Part shown: piece by piece, positions 50,649 to 64,000 of the stretch
Layout: every line of letters begins with the position of its first letter
Position numbering within the stretch: the stretch's first letter is position 1
Program-made: the position numbers and the translations under genes
Notes under the pieces: model-generated
What the model saw: only the letters and a program-made list of their open reading frames with translations
What the model was told of the DNA's origin: nothing
Database searches by the model: none
DNA from: Laetmonice hystrix
Lineage: Eukaryota
Direction of reading: 5' to 3'
NCBI GenBank assembly: GCA_965235115.1
Contig: OZ249445.1
Location: 9,734,001-9,798,000, forward strand
DNA length: 64,000 nt

Positions 50649-51689
50649 GAGACTGCACAAAACAACAACCAGTATCTCAATCCTCGCCGTGCTATTTTTT
50701 AGCACGTCGATAAGTAATGGCCGCAAATATGACCAAAAAATTGGCATCGAAAGTTCGGAATGTAAAAAAACCTGTATTTGTAAACAATCACCGCTTCGGA
50801 CCGAAGAGGAGAGAGAACGCATGGGGCCACTATCAGAAAATTTCGTTATGCTTACCCATATCGATAACATAATGGCTAATGTGAAAATGTTAGTTGAATT
50901 TGGGGTTGGTTGGTTGCTAATACTTAATGTGCCTCTTTAAGGTAAGAGGCTATAAAAGGTAAGGTAGAATGTGTATCATGCCCGTGTAGTTGATAGTTTG
51001 AGGTAGATAGGGCTGGCAGTGTTTAGTCCGGGGTTTTAGGCGGGGCAGGCCGGATGTGGTTAATACACTCAACGTATTTAGAGTCGGCTGCCGGAGTTCG
51101 CCGCGCCACCAGCCCTGATGGCTTGCCATGGTCGCTGTCAGTCACTCCGGCAGAAAGTGAATGGAGAACTCTTGGGGATTCTGCAGCAGAATTCCTCGAT
51201 GAATATCTGTCTGCAGGTGAAAAGATTGATGATACCGTGCCGGAAGGATGACAATTAGTCCTGGCATTTCACGTGATGAAAGATTTGAATGTCAGCCACA
51301 AGGGAACTGCGTTGGGAGTCATAACTCAGGATATTTGTTAGATCTGGTACCTGTTCAAAACAAACGCACAGCTGAAGTTCCCATAGGAAAACTGTATAAA
51401 AAGATACTATGTAGTTCCATTTAGTTGTATGAACTGAATGGAAAGCTACACAGTTCTCGATCCGTGGCAATGTTCGCAATAAATTATGCGTGGTGGACAG
51501 TTCGCATACTTTTATCATCTGTACAGATAATGATAAAAAGATAATCATGCTACATTTGAGGGTAGTTAAAAATTAATGAAAGGGACTGTGATCGTAGTGA
51601 AATTGCACTCCTGGGAAAGGGCCCCTTCTGTGATAAAGTGTAGCCAAGGAAAAAATGTGCAGGCTCAATATTTAAAACCCGCATTAAGT

Positions 51690-51920
51690 CAGGACTGTAA
51701 CAACAAGCGACGAGGCGAAGACAACTCTTCTAGGGGGTCTGGGGGTATGGGCCCCCAGAAAGTTGTTAAATTCTGGGCGTCAAATCTTGCATTCTTAGGA
51801 GGTGAAATTTGACACTTTAACTCAGGAAAAAAGTCCTTTAAATGTTACTTAAAAAAGAATCTCAGAAATGACAGACGAGGCATGGGCCTCGTCTACCTCA
51901 ATGCTAGTTATACGGCCCTG
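51690..51920. mobile_element. Degenerate hAT-type MITE
   Basis: Ends CAGGACTGTA / TACGGCCCTG (8/10) and internal GGGGGTCTGGGGG..CCCCCAGAAA motif; no TSD. Confidence 0.4.
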
Positions 51921-51968
51921 TAATTATATAGTCATAATTTCCAGAATTCTAAAGGGCCTGTACAACCC

Positions 51969-52115
51969 GCAATATGTAAAAATATTTGCTGCAATATGTA
52001 AAAATATTTGCCGCTATATGTAAAACTCCCGCAATATGTAAAAATTCTGCCCCCATATATAAAAAATCTTAGTTCCCCCAATATGTAAAATTCTGCCCCT
52101 AATGTAAAATTGATT
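51969..52115. repeat. Degenerate AT-rich ~22 bp tandem repeat
   Basis: Recurring GCAATATGTAAAAAT motif. Confidence 0.7.
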
Positions 52116-52864
52116 TTTACCCTAAAATATAATCTCCCCCCTAAATGTTAAAAAATTAGCGACAAATGTCATATTGAGAAATTTAATAGCTGATTCATGT
52201 CCCCAACCCCCTTGGATAAAAGCCTAACCCTTTTATTTAAATCCCCCAAAAGAAAAGCCCCATAGACAAAAGCTGCCTTTCCCCGTGGACAATGAAATCC
52301 CTCCTATCTAGTTCGTGCCTTGGTACGGAGAATCGACGTAAGCAGGTCTGTGCATGGAGCTGCTGACCGGGCCCTGAGGACCCAGTCCCGCGGGGTTTAA
52401 TGCTATCGACCGTGGGAAAGTGTTTGTGATACGGGCTATTATGGCAGGATAGTGGTCGCGCTGGGGTGGTAATCCATGCCCCTCACTCTCTGAGGCCTAC
52501 TAACGCTGAATTCTATTATCTCAAACCGCGAATCAAAGCAGATGTTGATCGTTGATGGTCGATAAGAACACGTGAAAAAACGTCGTACATGGATCAGGGT
52601 AAGAATAATGTCGTCACTAGCAGTAATCACCACAGGTATAATGACCCTCGTTCCGTAAGTGTAAAATTTACGGAAAACTTGCCAGGTTCTCATTTTCTCA
52701 AGTGAGCTGAAAGTGTTAGCAACAGAGGATGGGGAAATTATCGATTGGGTCCCATGGAAATGACCTTCATCGTCTTGTGCTAGGTATTCCAATTTGCTAA
52801 AGGATGGTTTTAAAGAGGCACAATTGCAGGCCTGTAATTTTTCCGGGGTTTGCCGGATTTCTGT

Positions 52865-52911
52865 TTTTATATATATATATATATATATAAAGTTGCTTTT
52901 ATATATATATA
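52865..52911. repeat. (TA)n microsatellite, interrupted
   Basis: Direct reading. Confidence 0.85.
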
Positions 52912-54315
52912 AAAAAAAGTTGCCCATCTGCGAGCGGTGCAAATCCGTTGAGATCTAACGTATAGGCCTATATAGAGGGGGTGGGGGTAAAAGTTGTCCA
53001 AATTCGTCAAAAAAATTAGCTTGGGGTCAATAATTCAGAAAGTCTATGGGGGGAAAATGGTTGCCAGGGGGGTTTTTAAATTCCCTAACCCCCCCCCCCC
53101 CCCCCGATCTGCCAGTACCAAACAACCAGGTGGGCCAAGCGGGCGGTCTCTTGGCTTTAGAAAGGCCCTGCTCACCCATCGTCAACGAGTCTGTTTCCAA
53201 CATCTACCGACAGGGGGAGGAAGCAGCGCGTGCCGAGCACACGAACTATTTCCTTCCCATCAGTATGAATGTACCGTACAGAGAGGGCCCAAGGATGCAT
53301 CACTCAATATAAAGGCGACTGTGACGGCTAACAAAACCAATGTGACATAACGTAGGAAATAAACAGTCCATATTTCCAGCAGGGACCTCGGCAGGAGTGG
53401 GGGGGGGGGGGATGGCATACATGTATAGCCTTCAAAAGCAGAGGTATCTGCATTGATCTCATTTTTAACGCCAGAAACTATAGCTATGCCCGCATTAGCA
53501 TAATTACTGTATCTAACCTTCTTAATCAAGTAAACTGGTCATCAGCACTTGCTTGATCTGCCTTCGTTTTACCCCGAGGAATTGGTTTCATAGTGGCCTT
53601 CAAAAACCGCCCTGCGAAAACTGGTCTTCATCTGCTGGACGTTTCCAAACTGAACCGCTAGAGGGAGTTAACGGTGTTCTCTAGGCCTAGGCCCTAGCTG
53701 AAGGTAAACGTTAATTCCAAGGAATTATATTATAAATAACCGACGTGTCAAAGTAATCATTACATGATTCTGTTTCTGTGCTAATTATCGATTTATATAT
53801 ACAGCAGCGCTTGTACGTTAAAGGGGCAAATTAGGAACGGCGATTTTATATTACCATATTTATTTCTTACATAAATTTAATATGTCTGCCATCTGTTTTT
53901 GGCGTTAGTCGTTCCATTTTCTCAGAACTAAGAAGCAAACATAATATTATATTGGTAACATTTTCTCACAACGCTCCTGTTCTACGGAAGTAGGGTGTGA
54001 AAAGGAGAGGTGTGTCTAATTCGCATTTGAATTTCAGAGTCAAACGTTCCCAAAGCTGTTGGTTAGGAGTTAACTAGAGGGACAATCCAATCATGTCTGA
54101 TAGGTCATGAATAACCTAGGTCTAATTATGTCAAGTTTGTCGCCAGGAAGAGGTAAATACACAAATAGATCGGATGAGCCGTTGCCATAGAATGCCGTCA
54201 ACTAGTGGCGCCCCTAGTGTGTGACGCGGGCCGTGTCACCACCACCTTCCCTGGTGTAACGGGGGCGCACGGTGATCACTCAACCATAAAACTCTGAAAG
54301 ACACCTCACACTGGT

Positions 54316-54490
54316 CAGGGGCAGATTTTGGTAAAGGGGGGGGGGGGGGTTTCAGAGGTTGAGTTTCGCTAAAGGAGGGAGGGGGGGTCACCATCATGCA
54401 TAGCCAATTTAGAAAGTTCGATGAGAAGAAAAGGAAAATTGAGGGGGGGGGGCGAAGCCCCTGGACCCCCCCCCCTTGGATCAGCCCCTG
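54316..54490. mobile_element. hAT-type MITE (175 bp)
   Basis: TIR CAGGGGCAGAT / ATCAGCCCCTG (10/11), poly-G and poly-C subterminal tracts as in 21838-22045; no clear TSD. Confidence 0.6.
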
Positions 54491-55034
54491 CTAGTAACAA
54501 GCTTTTTGTAATTCAGGTAGGCTGAGAAATTATTGTTGCATGCCAGCTGTCAGCCGGTAAAGTAGCAAGAAGAAAAACGGAAGGCAATGGAGAGGTTCTC
54601 AGAATAATACTCTTTCACATTATACAACGTATTATTCCATCCACGTATAACTCATCTCTACTATGTACATCTTGGCAAAAATAATTGTTACTTAATGTTC
54701 TCCACAAACCTCTTCGCACCCCGTCTTCCATTGGAAGGCCAATTGTCGCCAAGGGCACGTGATTCTCCTGCATCAGTGAATAAATTGAGCCCCTCAACAC
54801 GCTACCGAGAAGATAATCAGGCAGTAATCTGTTTAGAACGCGATAACTCATCAACTGAAAGACAAAGTTTGACACTGACTTGAATTAAAGAAGACAAATT
54901 CACATGTTATGTTTATTGTCATTGCGTGTTATATAACGGTCAGTGCATCAGAATGGTAAACAATGGAACCAATGCAATACTATACGAACCAATGAAATAT
55001 ACGAAACAATGCAAGCGTATACATGACGGACATA

Positions 55035-55162
55035 AGGGCCTTGTCCACTGAGCTTGCGGCAGTGCGATTTTCCTTGCGATGCGGCAGTCGTACAGCCTGA
55101 TAGGCTGTGCGACTGTCGCATCGCAAGGAAAATCGCACGGCAAGCTCAGTGGACAAGGCCCT
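55035..55162. mobile_element. 128-bp fully palindromic MITE, PIF/Harbinger-like
   Basis: 23-bp perfect outer stem AGGGCCTTGTCCACTGAGCTTGC, 37-bp inner stem with 2 substitutions, 3-nt loop; 3-bp ATA duplication on both sides. Confidence 0.85.
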
Positions 55163-58100
55163 ATAAAGATAGTATTTTACATAAAGATGGTATGTGAGGA
55201 AAGGCCTACTTTATTGACTGACCTCTTCCTTCTCCCATTACCTCTTACTTGATATTAGTGTGTTGAGCCCTGTGACTGGTCGCGTAACTGTCATAGACTC
55301 ATCGCCTCGGAATCTCCCTGTGTTCATGTCTGAAACTTCCTCAAAAGTCCGCTCGTAGCGCCCATCCGACGCCACTATCTGTAACCCGACGCCTCTATCT
55401 GTTGCGGTACATGAGGCAGACTCGATCGATCTACCACTGTTCCTTTCCAAAACACGTGCAAAGCCCGGGCTCGATTTCTACTTGGCATTGCTAGTAGCTT
55501 TTTCGTGGGAGTGTGAATGGCCAGTTACTGTCTCCATAGCAACGCAATTTTATCAATTTGCAAAATGTGACATTCTATTAGATAATCACATTTGAGTTCT
55601 AGCTAACAACATTTCCCCCTTGTTGTATGCGTTTGCCACTGGTAGAAAAAGGCGTTTCCTTCATGGCACCACTATTCGTAGGGGTTGGATTTGGCTTAGA
55701 CGCGAACTAGTCCAATATTCGACGGTGATGTCGCCTTGGGTCCACTGGGTAAAATTTATCTCATATTCTGCAAATGAAGTTAATACAGGAACTTATAAAA
55801 AGGGGTTGATATCGGAGTGGCCAGCTCATGTGCGCCTTTGATGTGGGAAATTGGCATAAGGCGGTCATCGGGGGGCACCGGTATAAAGTGAAAGGGTTGG
55901 GATGGGTGGGCGAGGGACGCTGAAGAAGATGATGTGGGGACAGTTGTGGGTGTGGAGGGGTAATGTTCGGTGTACGTCTAGGAATAAGCCGATGTATAAT
56001 TTCTATATACATATTTCTATAAGTGTATCTGGGGGTGGCATAGGTGTGCAACGTATTTTATATATGGATGATCATATAAGCATAGCAGTGATGTCTTGCT
56101 ACGTGATTTATATATAATACGGCCTCCAACAAGTAGGCCACAGTTTGTGTCCTTTTTTTTTTTTGACACGCCGAGAGCCAACTAAGCAATCACAATAACC
56201 GCTCTCAGCGGCCTTGTTTTTACATCGTCGGCTATGATGGGGCGCCGCGTACTTCTGGTTCAGAAAAAAGGACAAGAAGGCAAATCTCCTGGTGATAAAT
56301 TTTCGATCGGTCGCTGTTTTATCAAGGGTGGCAGCCATAATCATCCCAGTTACATTCCCCAGTACAAGAGCAGGTCCTCCGGAAGAGAGCAACTGCTTTA
56401 TTGCTGAAACGTATAAAAAGGGGTTGGCTGAAACGATAAGAAACTTTTGATATCAAGATGCGCTTTGGCATGGTCAATCCGTATTAGTCTTCTGTCGCAA
56501 GGTTACAGGTTTTCCCATTGAGGAATTCTTGAGTTGATCGTTTCGTATTACGGTGTTTCTGTTTATATCTATGAAATGGTGGGTTTCCAGAAAACTGGCC
56601 GACGCACGTAAACTGCGGTGTAACACATAACAATTCATATTCAACCAATTCGATTTCTTTCTTGTGCTTCAGGAACAATTCCTGAAAAACTAATCCAATA
56701 CTAAAAGTAGTGATATTCTATAAGTAATCCACTGTTGAACTAAACCAATCACAACCCACCCTACCTGTTTATTTTCACAGTCCATACGGGAAAGACATTC
56801 GTGTGACAGTTCACCGATTTTATGGGCTGAATCAGGAAAATAACGATCTCATCTGAGTCGTGGCGGTGGTTTCCGCGCCGGCACAATCTACGTTCTCCGT
56901 TAGCGATCTTTCCTTGTGACGCCTCCGGCCAATCGGATGACCACTAATAGGCTGAATGAAGGGCGATTGGTTTGATTAAGAACTTCTACATCTGCCCCGT
57001 GTTCGCTTCTGTTATTGACGGTCACTCTCCTCCTACATCCGGTCCTCGGTTGAGCCGCTTTGTACATTTGGGGCTTACCTATTGGAATGGAGACACCTAG
57101 TGTTGGACGAGCCGATCTAACCATCCACTATCGGCAGGTCCGTGCTACATCAAAAGAAGCCGAAGTCATTTTTCCCCCTTTATCAGTCATCTCATCCTGT
57201 GGGGTCGCCCATGGGCCTTGCAAGACGCAGGGGTCATTTGGCGGAGACAGGGCAACGACCGGGAAGCTTACACGTGTACACATGATGGTCGTATCAACAT
57301 GTATGAGACGGCAGCAGCGCCAGATCTCACCGACAGATACACACGTTCCTACCCATATTTATGCGTCCAACTTGACTAGTCTCATGTTTCATAATGCTGC
57401 GATTACTTTTCATGTCGGCGGGAGGATGAATTTAGACGTAGATAGACTTGTGTGGCGGCCCTTGGCCTCCTGATGGACGCCTCCGTGTGACGAGTCGACA
57501 AGACGTCAACCCCAATAAACGTAGGTTGGAGACGTGAACACGCCGGATTTATCAACATGGCAGTGGTGCCCAGTACGACTACAGGCTCATGTCGCATTCA
57601 CTGGAACTGACATTGACTTGTAAACATGCCAGCACATATCAGGAGATATCACATCATCAGACTGAAACTTCAAGAGGAAACTTCTCCTCGATAAGACGGC
57701 AATGTCAAGCTGGCAACTGCAGTTCCTACAATCAGCAATGCGTGGGCCAAAAATGCAACATCAAGTTGTTGAAAGCCATACGGACAGAGCTGATAACACA
57801 AGGTCAATACGACTCTGACGACATTAATAAGCTCACAAAATAGAGTGTCCACCCAAGCTGTCCTCGTTTGCGACCTGCAGCGGCCCCAATATCTATTAGA
57901 AACGAAGGCTCCTATAGCCCAGTACATTACGGGCACTGGGAAAGCGTATCGACATTGTACCTCACTATAGGGGCATTCCCTCTGCAGGTCTATAGCTTTG
58001 CTAGTAAAACACAGGATGAAATATCAAAGGTCATCCAAATATTCCATCCATTATAACATTTAGTATTTTAAGTAACTAAGTCCCGTCAGTGCAAAAAGTA

Positions 58101-61100
58101 GCAAAGATTGTGGCACCTCAGCACAAGCTTTGTTAATGAGAAACATTTCTTGTATTATTTACCAGGGAAAAGTAAAAAAAAAAAATCCAAACCAGTGATT
58201 GATTCCTCGTATGGTACTCTTCAAAGTAAGGGGTTTCACAAGTCATTATGCTTTTTCCATTGTAACATAAGCGTGTAACTCTAATGGCAAGCATTCGTAT
58301 AATATTCATTCTGTCTGACATAAAAAGGGAAATGTTGAACTGCTACCCCGGAAAAGTCTAAGCAATTGTGTGAAAGGTTTGTTGAAGTCAATAGAAAGAT
58401 CAAAGTGATAATAGACAATAGATAATAGACAATCTCACAAAGTAATTCTGACTTCTAATTCTTCATGTATGTTTGGAAAAAGTAGTTCGTAAATTACACC
58501 TTTTACTAATAGACCTGAAAAGGGGTCTGTCCAATTTTTGATTGTAATTTGATGCCGGCCTAAATTAATTGCGTTGAACTAAGCCTGGGTATGTCTTGAA
58601 CGATGTATCAATTCTTGAATTATAAAAGTAGTAGAAATTACCCTATAGGTTGTCCAGGTGGGTGATAGCGAAGCTTTCGGAAGCGGTACAAAATACTTCC
58701 GGAAGTTCTTGCTTAGAAACCTTTGCAAGCAATAATCCTCACTTTTTCACACAAGCTCCACCGCTATACCCCACACTGTCAGTTGATCTTCGGCAGCCTG
58801 TCTGAGACGGAGGCAGCAGACAAATATGTAAACAGTGAGATAATCGAGCTGTGTTCTCTACATGGGGCACTACCTCGGTGTTAGGATGTGAGGCACTTCA
58901 TTGAGAGTCCACCCCCAGGGGTCCTGATGATCCCCGACAGGGATATAGAGTGGGCCTCATTCTGCCCAGCCGCTGCCGCCTCACCCGGTGGGCCGCACGC
59001 CTCACACCCCGAGCGGTCAATCCTTACGCCCGTCTCCCATTGCCGAGTCTGCTCACCGACAGCAGCCACCGGCGAAGCAATCTTTGCTCTCTCGCTCTTC
59101 AAAAAAGACGGCTATTTCCTTTGTAACTGCATACACATCATTTGGGACCTACAGCCAGTCACACATTAAACGATGGTTCTTAATGGCGGAATCCTTTTGA
59201 TCTGCAGCATTAGGAGCGTTTGTGAAACTATATAATTAGGATGGGATCAAAAGAAATATGATACTGCTAGACGAAAATACAAGATTTGTGTACTCGTGGG
59301 GAGGTGGAGAGTTGTGAGCAATAGTTAGTGTTTTCTTTGTCAGTGTTAACAATAAGGATAAAACCGCCAATGTAAATACGAAGAAACATGTTTATATATT
59401 GATCATTGGTCAGTCATAGTCTTGTTAATTCCTGTCCATTATTTCTGTTATTTTTTTTCTGTAGAAATGCTATCCTGTAAACCGATATGTGAACCACAAT
59501 TAGGTAGATGAGCTTGCCAAAACTCAGACACATATGGTTTTGATCTGACAGGTGTTCTTCTTCGTCCTGATGATAGGAAACCTGACGACAAACATCTCTT
59601 GGCTCTAAAACACAGAGACACACATACATGACGTCGAGGAACTCTCAGCAATGCCAATGGTGAGACTTTTTTACTTCCTGATGTTTGATAAGGCTGAAGT
59701 TTGTTGTTCTAGGTACAAAGTCATTGTGACAATCGTCAATGATTCTGTCTGCTATCACATGGTAGAAACGGAACCAGTGGAGATTATTCTATCGGTAAAT
59801 GGTTCATTGATATAATGTTCACTTTCAAGGCGTAGTGATTCTGATTATTTATGTCATGATACCTTGGCTATTAGGATATGTCGATGTCATGACAACTCGT
59901 TTTACCTCATAGATCCCTCTGTGATAAACATGTATGTCAAATGTAAATCCAAGTAAATATATAGGCCCGATCAGTGTCAATTTGTCTATCTCACAACATG
60001 GTTCGAAGATTTGTCTACAAGCCTTCGAACCAATGCCTGTAATCTAAACAGAACTTTACATCAGCCAATGGTGAGGGCTCATTACAGCCCGAACTTGTGT
60101 TGGTTGAAGGTGAATGGTGTACCAAGGTTATAAATCAGCAGGACCACATATTTTTCAGTTGTGATATACTGGGGCTAGAGTGTTTTATACAGGTATATGA
60201 GCAGGGTACGTACATAACTATACGTTAATGAGGTCTTATTTAAGAAAAGTTTCTTACCACCTATTTGAAAGCTGGTGAAAAGTAGTTAAATGTTTTCCTT
60301 GCTAACAGTGAATAGATTCACCCTTTTTCATTAGAGTTTGCGTTTCTCTTCTTTGGACTTGTGCCTTGGTACAATAGTACCCCGAAACAGACTGCCATAT
60401 CTCAGGATGATACCATGTGCAGCCCAGGCGAGTCCAGGCTGTCCATTGAAATATAAATGACGGGACCGCTGCACATTAGTTAGAGCGCGGATGAATATGT
60501 CAGTGATGGCCAATGAATGAGCACCGCGGCGGATACAAGGGGCGATTACTCAGAGCTGATAGTAAGGAGTGAACACCATCCTGTCCACTCGGGTTCCGTG
60601 TTCACTTCGCCATTTGTCAACACGAAAATCGCTCGCAAAGTGTTCGGGTGGTCCCAAGGCTAACGCTGATTTAAAAGCGCACAGGGCCATGGTGGGTCAT
60701 GAAAGGGTAACTACATGTGTCGGGGTTTTTATGTAGCGAGCCCCCCCCCCTCCGGCCCCAGGTATGTTTGAATCCATGGGATTTACCTGGGGCCGGGGAG
60801 GGGGGAAGAGTTATGGAAAATAATGGGTTTCTTGTCGGCCATTTTCATTTTTAATTGAATTTTTAATTTTTGGGGTGACGTCGTGGTTCCTGTAATTATT
60901 GAATCCCCCCTACCCCGAGCAATATTTCATATATCCGCTCCACTAACTTACACAGGCCTTCTTGAGTGTCTATGTTCAATTTACGTCTGAAGTGCATGCA
61001 GTTAATGCGGGATACAGCTAAGATTTCTGAGTAGACTCATGTTAATATAAAAAAAAGTCCGATTCCATTTAAAATCCTATTCTGTTCCAATATATTGGGT

Positions 61101-64000
61101 GTTGTTGGTATATGAAGAGGTCATAAGGACTTGCCTCCAGGGCGTCAGCCTGGATGACTATGCTGATAGGTAGAAGGGCGCCTGGAGAAGCTCGTGTGGT
61201 CAGTGGTTTTTTATCTCGCCCACACAGCGATAGGCTCGTTAAGGACCCCGTCCGTTGTAGCCAGGGTCTCCTACCTCTGGAGACGTACTCCTCTTTCCCC
61301 GGGGTTGGATGGACGTGAGTGCCGAGTCCCGCCAGCCCGGCCCCCTAACCCCGCACTCAGGGTGTCCAGGGATGTCCATCACCTCGTGTCGGCCCTCAGG
61401 GCAGTCCACATGTCCCCAGTCATACACTGATCTGTCGGTTAACTCAAAGGTTGATTGGAGGCAACTGAAATGGCAACCAATGATTGTCTCATGGAAGGAG
61501 CTGAAAGGGAGCCTTCATAGTCGACTCTCTAATGATCCTGTACATGCACGTTATGGGCAGCGAAGAGACGAGACCTGTATATGGGCTAATTCATTGGTAT
61601 CTATAGAGGCAACATGTGTGATTAACATGGTTAATATTAAATTAACTTCTTGTGGTCTTTGGTAAAAAGGTCGCCGACAGCAAATTATTTGATTTGCATT
61701 AAATTGTTGAGGCGTATAGGGGATGACAATTACGCAAGTGGCTGTACTAATGTATCTTCATCCAAAAAATCTGCCCCTCCCGGATCCCCCACTGAATAAA
61801 TGTTGTGCTTGAGACAGTTTAGGGCGTGATATGGTTTATACACGGTGTTGTATTACACCGTGACGCACCATTGTGCCGTTTGCCTCCGAGGCTCCCAATA
61901 CCGACAGCTGACAGCAAATATAGTCTGTCAAGGCGAAGGCCAGTCAGACGCCGCCCTTCTGACCTGGTCAAAGGATCGGCAAATTGTGCAAGTATCTCTT
62001 CATCGCTCCAAAAGTGAGGAACTTGCATAGCGACAGAAGCTCGTTTTATCCAGTAGGATGCAATTGCTGATCCGAACCAATCGAGGCGAATGGCTTGCGG
62101 CCCGTTCGCCGTCATAAATCGATTGCCTTTCGCAGAGCTCTTTGTGGTCATTTACAGCGCGTGGTAAGGAAGAAAGTGGGGGGACGAGATCGGCCAAAGC
62201 GGTAGGATCAATATGGGTTAAACGCTTCTGTGTTATTTTTCTATTGTTTGTCCACGTTATATAATGGGTACACATAGAAAGTACAAGAGCTAGGGGAACA
62301 TAGACTGGACATGCGTTAGATTTATTTGTTGGAACGCTTCCGGTTAGGAATTGGGTGTAGATAATGGTGACTCTGTAAGTGGAGTCTGAATGATAGAGAT
62401 ATCGCGCAATGAGGAGATAATACGATATGGTATGCCATCTCTGTTGATGACATTTATCAGTCACTAAATAGAATTAAGCTCGCCCTTATACGCTTAAGTC
62501 CATAGTCCTCTGTCATTTGGAAAGAAGAGTATCCCTCCAGCAGAGCCGATGCTTAATACCGATTTCTGTAGATGTACGAAAACGGCTTCAATGTTCCCTC
62601 TATAGCAGCACCAAACGTTCTCCCATCCGTATAAAAGTCGTGAATTGTTGTTTTATTATTGGTAAGGCTTGGATGTTGAAGCCGCTCTACCTCCAGGATG
62701 TATTATTCGTGTGGTCTCGAGATACGCGTTGGGTTTGACAGGATATAGATAGGGAGCAATTACCATACGATCGCCTTTTCTTGAAGATCAAAAGTGTACC
62801 AAATTTGGGGACTAAATTCCAGAAATGTAATTTGTAATCGAAAAAGCAGCGGTTCCCACGCGTGCGACTCGACGGTTTGAGTGCATGCATTATCTCGACA
62901 CGTTCCAGATCCGTTGGAAACAAAACAATTAATCCTTGATCAGACCAAAAACTGCTTCAAACGCGATGCTCCATGTTCTTGTTGCACGCAATGTGGGGGT
63001 TCTTGGCATAAGAAAAGGCCCCCTAACAATTGTTTCATCTGTTGAATTATTCGACCTTCATGCTCTGAAGGCCATCGGGAAAAAATGGCAACAGACGGCA
63101 TCCTGGTCATCCGGGTACGTAATGAAGTACCATAGTTGGTTGTCATGGCGACCGTTTTCTACTGGCGCCATGTAGGCCTAAACATTTTTTAACCGTCCCT
63201 AACAAGGTAGGGATGAAGGTGGAGAGGGCTCTGACGCTGCGTGTGGGGCTTTCTCCTGCCCATCTCCCAGCGGACCCTCTTATTGTCATGGTTCCCTTTT
63301 TTCCGGCTCATTTTATCGCCATCCGTTCAGCGACTTAATTTGTTAGACAGGAAGCGAAATGAGTTCGATTAAATCAAGGAATTATCGAACGGGACGGACG
63401 GAAAATCATAGTGTGACAGACACGACTTTGGGCTTTTCTTGACCTATGTGTGTTATTGCACACATTATCGTCACCGGAAGTAGATTTATGAATCTGTGTC
63501 ACGGCGAATGATTCATTAAGGCCTGACCACTGGAAAGATTTAATGGACTTTGGGGATTGTGATGCGATAGGGGCGTGTAAATTTGCCGTTGTAGGCCCCC
63601 CATGTACCCGGAAGCAGAAAGGAACATGGTTTATTTAGGCGCACGGGCGCTGGGACATAGCATCAAGAATGAGTCATATACATCTGCCACACCCTGACGT
63701 TAAAATTAATAAGGATAATGGTGCCTTATCGGACGGTCGGATTGACAAAGTTGCTATAGCAACCATCCACAGGAAGCAGAAAGTGGTGAATGGTTTTGAG
63801 CCGCTTTGCATGGGGTGTGGCCTTTAGCAAATATAGCTAAAAGATACATACACCCGGCGTAGTCGTGAAAAATGACGTCCTAACCTACGAACACCCATCA
63901 ACGACACATCAAGGTCAAATGTTAATAGAGACGCCACGTTTAGCATACAATCAACGTTTTTTAAAACAGTTTTTGGCCCAATTTCGCGAGAGCTGTAATG

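Noticed and set aside
50388-50870. 160-aa ORF with LMDIPVY repeats
   Set aside because: Translation of the 21-bp minisatellite.
52439-52942. 167-aa minus-strand ORF
   Set aside because: Runs through a (TA)n microsatellite; no motif or splice support.
56781-59657. Several isolated acceptor-plus-open-frame candidates downstream (56781, 57589-57843, 59464-59502, 59448-59657 minus) as a second gene or tandem nAChR paralog
   Set aside because: No nAChR motifs and no coherent, homology-supported exon chain.
58880-61440. GC-rich patches (58880-59110, 61130-61440) as retroelement gag or exons
   Set aside because: All frames short or unrecognisable; cannot support a call.

Overview
Eukaryotic (metazoan, most likely marine invertebrate) genomic scaffold with one assembly gap (27047-27180). 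The dominant feature is a single six-coding-exon nicotinic acetylcholine receptor (Cys-loop pLGIC) alpha-type subunit gene on the + strand. CDS join(3964..4045,29073..29578,40764..40808,45014..45123,46200..46738,48139..48590) = 1734 nt, 577 aa, with all splice phases mutually consistent; it is alpha9/alpha10-like in sequence and exon layout. The protein is atypical: (i) a ~120-aa acidic, Ser/Thr-rich N-terminal extension ending in a polybasic convertase-type cluster exactly where the mature fold begins, (ii) loss of two agonist-box aromatics (loop A Tyr->Asn, loop D Trp->Ala) with loops B and C intact, (iii) Asn at M2 2' and Glu at 4'. The stop codon overlaps a splice-donor consensus and a strong unassigned acceptor/exon lies 0.5 kb downstream. 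The rest is intronic/intergenic: a 763-bp foldback Tc1/mariner-type element, several MITEs (one a 128-bp near-perfect hairpin), two inverted SINE copies, four minisatellites and microsatellites. No rRNA, tRNA, CRISPR array or intact transposase/RT was found. Most ORF-track entries are noise.
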